A stretch of DNA of 61,067 bases, filler included, from Basidiobolus ranarum (lineage: Eukaryota): the NCBI GenBank assembly GCA_040143965.1. It is 14 parts of 14 records of this genome, joined end to end, with 100 filler letters (N's around TTAATTAATTAA, not from the genome) between each part and the next. Parts side by side here need not be neighbours in the genome. Positions count along the whole stretch, not along the records: positions 26,260 to 30,530 come from JASJQH010002038.1; positions 30,631 to 34,900 come from JASJQH010002039.1; positions 35,001 to 39,268 come from JASJQH010002040.1; 11 more parts are not named here. One strand, given 5' to 3'. The translations under genes and the position numbers were made by a program. This document shows, piece by piece, positions 26,667 to 35,948 of the stretch. Within the stretch, counting starts at the first letter, position 1. Every line of letters begins with the position of its first letter. The notes below the pieces were generated by a model. The model worked only from the letters and a program-made list of their open reading frames with translations. It did no database searches and was not told the DNA's origin.

Positions 26667-27069
26667 TCAAGGGGATATGTATTGACTCTCAAAGATTAAA
26701 GAGGATTTATCTGGTTGAATTCTCTTTCGTGAGATACGTTTTTTCAACTCCAAGGTTTCTTTCTTTGCGATATACTTAGTTTCACCACTGCTAGAGATAT
26801 CTTCTGGGACATTCAGAGTCACCTTTTTACGTGGTTTGATGGATTGATTGGAAGGTTGAAGACCGCTAATCTCTCTAAATATTTTCATTTTAGAGAGGAT
26901 GAGTTTCCAAACCACATACCAGACTAAAATTGAAATTCAATTTAATAGCTGTCACAGCTTATAATAAAAACGGTTTAGAGTTCTTACAAGATACGATGCA
27001 AATAAGGATAAAAAGTAATATCGTCACTGTAGCGTAAACAGTACGAAAGGTTTGAACTAGCCACTCCAT
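26667..27069 (-). CDS. Small integral membrane protein, SMIM13/DUF4750-like (2 exons)
   Basis: ATG at 27069; phase-1 GT-AG intron ~26924-26987. Spliced product MEWLVQTFRTVYATVTILLFILICIVSFWYVVWKLILSKMKIFREISG... has one TM helix followed by the WYxVWxLxLSKxKxxRExxG motif recalled from SMIM13. Confidence 0.7.
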
Positions 27070-27448
27070 ACTTTCATTAAGCTGGTGACCGTTTCTCAGT
27101 TGAACTGAAAATAGAGGAAGTCAAATAATAAGGGGTATGAAGAATTTAATCATATCATTAGAAGGGGGTTGATGTATTCAAACAGGTAAATCACAACATA
27201 TATATTGATGCGTAATCACTTGTGACTGTCCTAGATTACTTTCATGTAACCACTAATCACATCTTGGATCGCTTGGTTAAGATTGTCTTAGTTGGTGAGA
27301 TACGAGATCGATCCCTCGGGAATTTTCGGTTCCATTGATTAGAAATCAGTGTTTAGTCATCACAGTTGGTCATGCCATAGATGTCCATTCTTTAAATACT
27401 CAATTATATCTTTCCTAAGTAAATAGTTGTTTGTCTTCACAAAGTACT

Positions 27449-28616
27449 ATGAGCATCAAAGAGCAATTTCGCTTCGTAGAAGCCTCACCAAATTTCTTTG
27501 CTGGTAGCAATTTGAATCGGTACATATCTTTATAGCAACTCTATTTTTCATACCAGTTAGCTAACGGGTTCTATTTAGCATAAGCGAGCGTCGAACCAAT
27601 AATGCTTTTCTCTCCGAAGCGTTAATCTCTTCAGATTCACACTTTCTGTTGTTATCAAATGGCGATCCATTAGCAAAGGTAGAACCAACAGCACTTCGTT
27701 GGCTACCATACTGTGAAGTTGAGGAATTCATCAACAATCCTTTTGTTGGTAAAGATCAACAAGAGTATCCCGAAGGAATTACCCTTGTATTTTTGGGTAT
27801 CAATGAAGATAAAGATAAGAAAACTTCATATTATTGGACTTTGGATGTTTCCCCGAAAGGCCCACTCGCCGAAACTTTTGGACAGCTTAAAACGAAATTA
27901 GAGAACGAAGAATATAAATTTATCCCTACCCGGCCAAAAGCTTTTGAATTATCCCTTGAAGAAGCTGCCATATTAGCACAAGCTAGAGCATTGGTCGATT
28001 GGAATAATCGTAATCAGTATTGTCTGCTTGTGGTAATAAGACTGTCCTTACAGATGCCGGGTATAAGCGTACTTGTCCACCGGTATCACCATCTGAAGTA
28101 GCTACTGAGCGCCCACCATGTATTTCCTCTAAAGGAGTTCACAACTTCTCGTACCCTAGAACCGATCCTGTAGTGATTGTTTGCACGATATCTCCACAAG
28201 GAGATAAAATCCTTTTGGGTCGACAGAAGTCATGGCCAGCTGGAATGTATTCCTGTGTTGCTGGTTTTGTTGAGGCCGGTGAATCTCTTGAAGAAGCTGC
28301 ACGTAGAGAGGTGCGTGAGGAGACTGGCATTGTCTTAGGACCCGTTACATATCACTCTAGTCAACCTTGGCCATTCCCCAATTGCCTTATGATTGGTTGT
28401 ATAGGTCAAGCTTTAAGTGAGAATATTCATTTAGATGATATGGAGCTCGATGACGCTAAATGGTTTACACGCGAGGAGGTCTTGAGTGGTTTAGAGAATC
28501 CAGTGGAGATCACTATGAAAGATACTGTGGTGTCTAGCCAACTTCGTTTACCTCCTAGAACTGCTATTGCCAACCGGATCATCACAGCTTGGGCTAAACC
28601 TTCATCTAATAATTGA
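27449..28616 (+). CDS. NPY1: NADH pyrophosphatase (NudC/NUDT12-13 family) with an apparent 1-nt frameshift at ~28024
   Basis: Exon 1 MSIKEQFRFVEASPNFFAGSNLNR, intron ~27520-27578, then AQARALVDWN, C..CG zinc ribbon, YPRTDPVVI, Nudix box GFVEAGESLEEAARREVREETG, and the SQPWPFP signature. Confidence 0.9.
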
Positions 28617-29075
28617 AATATGCTTTGATATTCTTGTACACGTATAGGACATTCAAATAACATAGTCAATGCTTGGATCTTCAATATCAACGTTAACCTT
28701 ATATTTATTTAGAATTCACGTTTTCATAAATGATATAATAGATAGTAAATAAATTAATGGTTTTATATGTGCTTTCATAAAACAATTTCAATCATTTTCA
28801 TTATGAAAGTAGTTCCTTATATCACATCAAAGTTAGCTAACATTGTTTAGTCTGATTGCACTTAGCTTATAATTGGAACATATACTTAGTTATCTTCACA
28901 TTAGTAATGTCATTTTCTGAACCCACCTCCATTATTTTTTTCTGTACTTTGACCAAAAAATGCTAATGCTCTATTTCTAATCAAAAAATAATTATCTCAC
29001 AAGTCAGTTTTGAAAATATTCTTCATAGCCCCCATATTTTCCTAAAACTATAAATGTATTAGCAATAGTTTTATA

Positions 29076-29407
29076 TGTTGAATTTAGCATTGTCTAAGCA
29101 CCTATATAGTCAAATATACCTAAGTATTTAGTTATCCTCTACTTCACTGATATTACCCATTATTCTCATTGGAATTTACTTGAAATATTTTTATCAAAAT
29201 AGAAGTTCTCACATATATAGATTTTTCAAAGAAGCCCCAAACCTTGCAAAAATGTTTCTGGGACTCTTCTTAACACTTTCTACATGTTAGCTTATTTACA
29301 TCTTGACCAAAGCATAAATGTTGACTTCTTAATAAATCAATAAGTTAAAACCATCAATTTCTCTAATTCTCCAAACCACTTCCAGCAGGGTCCCAAATAC
29401 TTTAACA
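29076..29407 (+). repeat. Copia LTR family A followed by PBS (29408-29419)
   Basis: TGTTG...TTTAACA then GGTTGTGAGCCC; homologous to 29444-29791. Confidence 0.88.
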
Positions 29408-29443
29408 GGTTGTGAGCCCCAAGCTTGAACTCTCTGTAATGTC

Positions 29444-30530
29444 TGTTGAAATTAGCATTGCCTAAACACATATATAGTCATATATAGCCTAGTAATTAGT
29501 TGTCTTAAATTTCACTAAGATATTATCCATTCTTCTCAATGGGAATTTACTTAGAATATTAGTACCAACTTGGAAGTTCTCAGATATATAGATTTTGCAA
29601 ACTTGTGCTTGAAGCCCCAAACTTTGCACATATGTTCCTGAGATCTTCCTTAACACATTCTGCATGCTAGTGTGCTTATATCCTGACAGAACCATAAATG
29701 TCAATTTTCTACTCAATGAATCAGTAAGTGGAAAACACCAAATTCTCTAATTCTCCACATCACTTCCAACAGGCTCCCAAATACTTTAACAGGTTATGAG
29801 CCCCAAGCTTGCACTCACTATAATGTCTGCTTCTCAAATTTATGGAATATCTCCCTCTTCTGAAAAATTGGATGGAACCAACTTTCAAGTTTGGAAAACT
29901 AAACCAAAAATGCTGCTGTAAGAAAAAGGACTTTGGGACACTGTTGCAGGAGAAGAAAACAATGTAAAACTATCCAAAACAAAAGCTTTACTCCAGGTTA
30001 AAAAAGAACAAAGTGCCTTTAACACAATTTGTCTCAATGTTAAAGACAAATTGCTAATTCAATGTTCATGAGCTAAAACTGCCAACAAGGTATGGAAAGC
30101 CTTGGAAGACACCTACCAAACAAGTTCTGCTGCCAACAAGATGTTTCTAAAAAGAGAATTCTTTAACTTAAAGATGAAGCCAGGAGAAGACATTAAATCA
30201 CTAAGTAATAGAGTCACTATTTTAGTTGATGAAATGGAATGCATTGGAGTACCTACCACTGGTCAAGATATCATAGTAGCAGTCCTGAATAGCCTGCCAC
30301 ATGAGTTTCAGAGCTTAGTAATGGCTCTAGAATCAAGAACTGAAAATTTGACTTTAAATTATATATTTGGCAGACTTTGGGATGAAGATTTACACAAATC
30401 AGGATCCAACCAAAAGAATGAAGAAAATACTTTAATATGCTATGGGAAACCTTCCTATAAAGGTCAAAAGCACGTTAAGAAGAAACGCAACACATTCTGT
30501 GAATACTGTAAAAGAACTGGTCATTTAAGC
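29444..30530 (+). mobile_element. Ty1/copia 5' end: LTR family A (29444-29791), PBS GGTTATGAGCCC (29792-29803), degenerate gag from 29823
   Basis: TG...CA LTR; gag MSAS..EKLDGTNFQVWK..KGLWDTV, VLNSLPHEF, zinc knuckle CEYCKRTGH. Confidence 0.93.
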
Positions 30531-30630
30531 NNNNNNNNNNNNNNNNNNNNNNNNNNNNNNNNNNNNNNNNNNNNTTAATTAATTAANNNNNNNNNNNNNN
30601 NNNNNNNNNNNNNNNNNNNNNNNNNNNNNN

Positions 30631-30932
30631 ACCGTTACAGCTTCTGGTGCTTCAGCTTCGTTTTCTCCGGGAACCATTACAGCTACTGGTGCTTCAGCTT
30701 CGTTTTATACGGGCACCCTTACAGCAGCTGGTACTTCAGCTTCGTTTTCTTCGAGCACCGTTACAGCTGCTGGTGCTTCAGCTTCGTTTGCTACAGGCAC
30801 CATCACAGCAGCTGATGCTTTAGTTTCGTTTGTTGTGGGCATTGAATTAGCCGTCAGTACTTCAGTTTCGTTTGCTACAGGCATCATCACAGCCGCCGGT
30901 GCTTTATCTGATATTGCATTAGTAGCTGACAT
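30631..30932 (-). CDS. Ala/Glu/Val-rich tandem-repeat protein (14-aa/42-bp units), 3'-truncated, with an in-frame TAA
   Basis: MSATNAISDKAPAAVMMPVA-NETEVLTANSMPTT-NETKASAAVMVPVA-NEAEAPAAVTVLEE-NEAEVPAAVRVPV*-NEAEAPVAVMVPGE-NEAEAPEAVT. TATA-like TTATATAA at 30973-30980. Confidence 0.55.
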
Positions 30933-31805
30933 GCTGTGAGGTTCTCTCACAAGAAAACCTCCTACTTTTATGTTATATAATCTACCCTAACCCCAACCAC
31001 TTTTATATCATCGACTTCGAAATAAGAAAATCCAAAAAAGTACAATCTCAATATTTGGTATGCGTAGAAGTAATGATTGGGAATTACATTGTTCCGCAAG
31101 TCTATCTAGATCTACTTACCCATATACCTAACTGATGGAAAATGCTTCACTTTCCAATGTTCCAAAAGAGTTAAGACAGCCACAGAAGATGAAATCTTGG
31201 TTTCGTGATAAAATAAAGAAAACTTATCTGCAAATGTTAACCAATGATTGTAAAGCTGGATAATTTACACCTTGTTAGCTTGATATAAGGATCAGTTTAT
31301 TGGTTGTAAAGACACTATGGAGGTGAGAGAAAAAGCGGAAGGTGAGGCTTATCTCCAGTCAAGGGATTGGTGCGATGCATAGAGTATATGAATTTGGATA
31401 TATGCTAGAATGCAGGTAGCTTTATACCATTCTTATTCTTACCTTCCAGCTCATTTTTCATATTTGATTTTCCTATAATTCCTGATATTTATAGGCAATA
31501 TTTCGAGCTTTCTGACAGTTGTTCATATGGCCTAAACTTTGCTCCTGGGTCCTTTCTAAGTATTTTCTATGCATCAGTGACTTTGCCATTTTATATGAAC
31601 TCTATTATATGACACTTTTGCATATAGACAGCCAATATGACTTCATATATATAGTGAAGATAATGACTGTCAACAATTAATTCTTTGAGATGGACTCCTG
31701 AAGTAATATTTTCCTAATTTCTCACAACTTATGAAATGTTGATGTCCAAATCAGAAATAAAGCTGAAGAATACAAATAAGTTATATTTACAACAGAATGG
31801 CTTTT

Positions 31806-32123
31806 ATTGAAATTAATTATAAAACATTTATCTAGTCGTATATAGCCTAGTGTTTCGTTATTCCTTATTTCATTAAGAAATCACCTATAGTTCTTAATCG
31901 GAGTTTACTTAGAAGTTTTCAGATATATAGATTTTTTAAACTTGTTCTAGAGGCCCCGCACTTTGCACACAGGTTTCCGGAACTTTCATGTTCTACCCGT
32001 CGGTTTGCTTACCTCTTGACAAAAATATAGATGGCAACTTTCCATTCAATCGAGCAACATGTGAAAACCACCAATTCATTTAGTTCTCTAAATCACTTTC
32101 AATAACTCCCTTAAGACTTCTAC
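31806..32123 (+). repeat. Diverged solo LTR, family A
   Basis: Aligns end to end with 29444-29791; no adjacent PBS or gag. Confidence 0.75.
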
Positions 32124-32503
32124 ACATTAATGTGACGGTTTTGACCTGCAAAATATTAACTAAATAAATATTGACTATGCTAAACAAGATGAATCAGTAG
32201 TTACTTTTTTCTAATGCTTCTACAAGAGCTAGTTTAGAAGTTACTTTCAAAGTATTAATTTCTGAGAAGCAGTATCTTCTTTATACATAAGAAATTATAT
32301 TACTAAAGTGCAACATATTAGAGTTCTGATGAGATGATACACCCCTATCCATTATTAATTATTTCTGAGAAATCTGAATTGTGTTAGCGTAAATCATTAA
32401 TATGAAACATGCAACAATAATGGCTAACCAGAATGTTGCAAGTTCAGATAGTTTAATACATAATATTCAAAATATAGTCAATAATATGCAATCAAACTGA
32501 AAG

Positions 32504-32819
32504 TGTTAAAGTATTTTTGGAGTTTGTTGAACTAGAGGAATTGGTGGCTTTCACTTGATAATTTATTGAGTGGGAAGTTGACATTTATAGTTTTGTCCGG
32601 ATGTAAGCAAATAAATGTGTGGAATGTATTAAGGAAGGTTCCAGGAACATGTGGACAAAATTTAGGGCTTTGAGTACAAGCTTGTAAAGATCTTTATATC
32701 TGAGATCTTCCAAGTATATTCCAATTGAGAATAATGAGTGATATCTTAGTGAAATATAGAATAACTAAATACTAAGCAATATGTGACTATAGAGGTGTTT
32801 AGGCATGCTAATTTCAACA
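32504..32819 (-). repeat. Solo LTR, family A
   Basis: Reverse complement TGTTGAAATTAGCATGCCTAAACACC...ATACTTTAACA; no clean TSD seen. Confidence 0.82.
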
Positions 32820-33862
32820 AAAAACATATTGGGCTCAAAACTGATTTATACATAATAATAATTAAAGTGAATGCAGTGGAATTGTCATTTAAAAATGTAT
32901 GCAAAAATATGAACCAATCATCAGCGCTAGTATAAGTATCACTCGAGGACTTGATTGACAAAAGCTGTTTTTCTAGTATCTAGATTTGCCACTAGATAAG
33001 ATATTCTCAAGGCCAAAAAGATAGAATATATTTGAAATGCTTCAGTCAGCAATTTGCTTTGCATTAATAGACTTGCAGTACAGGATATCTAGAGAATAGC
33101 ACAGCATACATGAAGTAACGTTTTCATAAATGAAAATTGTTTCAAGAATCAGAAAGTGTCAAGAATTTCGTAACATTGCTGATTCTGAGAAGGTAACGAC
33201 ATCTAAATTCGGTTAGTGTACCGAAATAACGCAACATTGCTGTGGGACCTGCACCGATATTGAGTGACACAAGGACTTAGGATTAAATTTCAACCAGTAC
33301 AAGAGTGGGGTTGGGGTTAGGGCTACTAGCGATGTTGCTAGTTGTATTTAATCTTATTTTACTAGTCCTAAGATAAAACTCAAAAGCCCATCCGATAACA
33401 AAATTCCAAAAACGGAATATGTCGACTTTCAACAAGTTGATTATTAATGTACAAAAGCCAACAAATTTTAAACTTAGTTACTAATCAGTGCAGCTGCTTT
33501 GTTCCTATCAGCATATATACCTCGGGTTTTCTATGACCAATAGCCGAAATATCGCACTTCATATATTACAGATAGTATTCTTTACCTTTCCCAAAGAAGG
33601 AATTCCCATTGACCAATGGCTGAAACCTCGCTTCTGTGGAAGGATTGGACAGAAGCAGGAGTGAAGGTACCTTACCGATCTGTTCTAGAATTGAATAGAA
33701 CAATCCCAATTAGGTTTTTGGAAATGGCATCAAATGATATAAAGCATCCAGTGTCGCCATGATATTGAGCAACTCATTTCAATATTATAGTAGATCGACT
33801 CGACACCCACTTAATCTAATTATTTCTTAACACTAAATACATCACATACGTTACATACAACA

Positions 33863-34900
33863 ATGTCAGCAAATACCGACCTACAGGATGTGTTGGTTTC
33901 ACGGCCCGAACAGAACTTTCTATATAGAGCTATCATGCAAATAGAAGGGATGACCTGCTCATCTTGTGTTAAAACCACTGAGAAGGCCTTGGCTGCCATC
34001 GACTCCATCGTCACAGATTCTATTAGTGTCAGCTCCCTTACTGGCCGTGGAGTAGCTGATTTTGCAATCGATGACCGTGTTCAGTTGAGTAAGACTATTG
34101 AAAAATCCATTTCAAATATCGGTTATGAGCTAATGGATTTGCAATGGGAAGTCATCGCGAAACCATCACGAAACAACAATGCAGTAGCCATGAGTATACC
34201 AGACTCTTTGACCCAAGCGTTTCAGTATCGCGCTACCATGCAAATTGAAGGAATGACATGTTCTTCATGCGTTAAAACTGCCGAGAAGGCCTTGATCGCC
34301 ATCGATTCCATTCTTCCCGAATCCATTAGTGTTAGTGCCCTTACTGGTCGTGGTGTAGCTATATTTACTAATGGCGATCAAGAAAGCCTTGGGAAGATTA
34401 TTGAAGAATCTATCTCCAATATCGGATACGACTTGGTTGACTTACAATGGGAAACTATCGGCCAAAAGCCTGCCAAGACCCAAGTCTATCTGAGTCGTGC
34501 CACTATGCAAATTGAAGGGATGACCTGTTCTTCCTGTGTCAAAACCACAGAAAAGGCTCTTTCTGCTATCGATTCTATTGTCGAGGGTACTATCAGCGTT
34601 AGCTCTTTAACCGGTCGTGGTGTTGCTACTTTCGCTCGAGAAGATCAAGAGCAGCTAGGAGAAATTATTAAAGAATCTATCTCTAATATAGGCTACGACC
34701 TGGTCGATTTACAATGGGAAACCATTCAACAAGAAAGCGGCTCCAACGATACAAATAATGAGGGGGGTGAAAACAATAGCACGATCACCACCAATTTGAC
34801 AATTTCCGGTATGACCTGCTCCTCCTGTGTAAATAGCATCGAATCCAACCTTCAAACCCAAGATGGTATCATCTCCTGTCAGATTAATTTACTCATGCCT
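33863..34900 (+). CDS. CCC2: Copper-transporting P1B-type ATPase N-terminus (4 HMA domains), 3'-truncated
   Basis: Four GMTCSSCV motifs in HMA folds. The ATPase core lies beyond the contig end, so the CCC2 versus other P1B assignment is inferred. Confidence 0.72.
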
Positions 34901-35000
34901 NNNNNNNNNNNNNNNNNNNNNNNNNNNNNNNNNNNNNNNNNNNNTTAATTAATTAANNNNNNNNNNNNNNNNNNNNNNNNNNNNNNNNNNNNNNNNNNNN

Positions 35001-35948
35001 TCCCATCTGGGCATAACCACCGAGAATAAGAATGTCATCATTTCTTGGTACAATGAACTCAAATCTTCCCTCGTCAGCCTTTCTTTTCTCTTCGGCAGTG
35101 GCGTTGGCATCGGCATCGCGTTGAGAGATTGAGATACAGCTTTCAATCTTCTTGAATTTCTTTCCATCATTCTTCGCATGAATAAGGATTCCACGGAGAG
35201 GCTTCATCTTCTCATCGCCACATAGTTCTCTAGATGCCATACCAGTGCAGTTGACAATGATGTCAGCCTTGAATCGTCTCAACAAATCAGGAGTTTCTTC
35301 ATGAAGAGTGTCTTCAACGACGCCCTGGAGAAGTACAACGCCTTTGTCTTCAACCAATTTTCTCAACCAATGAAGATAATTTCCAGGATCAACAACATAT
35401 GACAAGTGCTCGTAGCCGTCAACAATGTTGTAACCCTTCTTTTCCATATTGGTATTGATCTTGTATTTCTTGATTAAATCTTGAACATCGTCGTTGAATC
35501 CATCACACACAATTTCAATTTCACTTTTCTTTTTCAATCCTCCAGGAGTGAGTTTGCGATCAAAGAGGAAGCATGACATACGCTTACGAATGCCAGTATC
35601 ATCCGCACCAAACTTATCAGCAATATCCTTGAATTGGAGGTAGGAAATCTGGCACCAACGCTGCAAGTTTTTCAACTGTTCATCGGTATCCTTTCCATGG
35701 GAGCCACAAACAGCAGGAGGCCATTCCCACAATGCACCAGCAATCTCAGAGACTATCTCGTCACCATGCGCTCCATGTTTAGCGTACTGTTTTGCTAATA
35801 CCGTGACTTTACATCCGGAATTGCGTAAAGTCCAAGCAGTAGTAAGACCCGAGACACCACCTCCAATGATGAGAACATGAGGCTTGGTGCCATCGGCACG
35901 AGTGATTTTTACTCTCTTGTAAAGATCTCCAGAGTTCATTTTTTGCAT
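35001..35948 (-). CDS. FAD-dependent D-amino-acid oxidase-like protein, 3'-truncated
   Basis: Rossmann VLIIGGGVSGLTTAW, SEIAGALWEWP, VDPGNYLHWL, ADIIVNCTGMASREL, MKPLRG, FIVPRNDDILILGG. ATG at 35948 with TATAAAA ~100 bp upstream. Confidence 0.88.

Noticed and set aside
27260-27330. tRNA-like motifs (TGGTTAAG ... GATCGATCC)
   Set aside because: No acceptor stem, no canonical TTCRA T-loop and wrong arm spacing; tRNAscan-SE would settle it.
30705-30707. In-frame TAA as evidence for an alternative genetic code
   Set aside because: TAA/TAG terminate GVP36, PWP2 and ERG8 normally, and long coding exons lack internal TAA/TAG.
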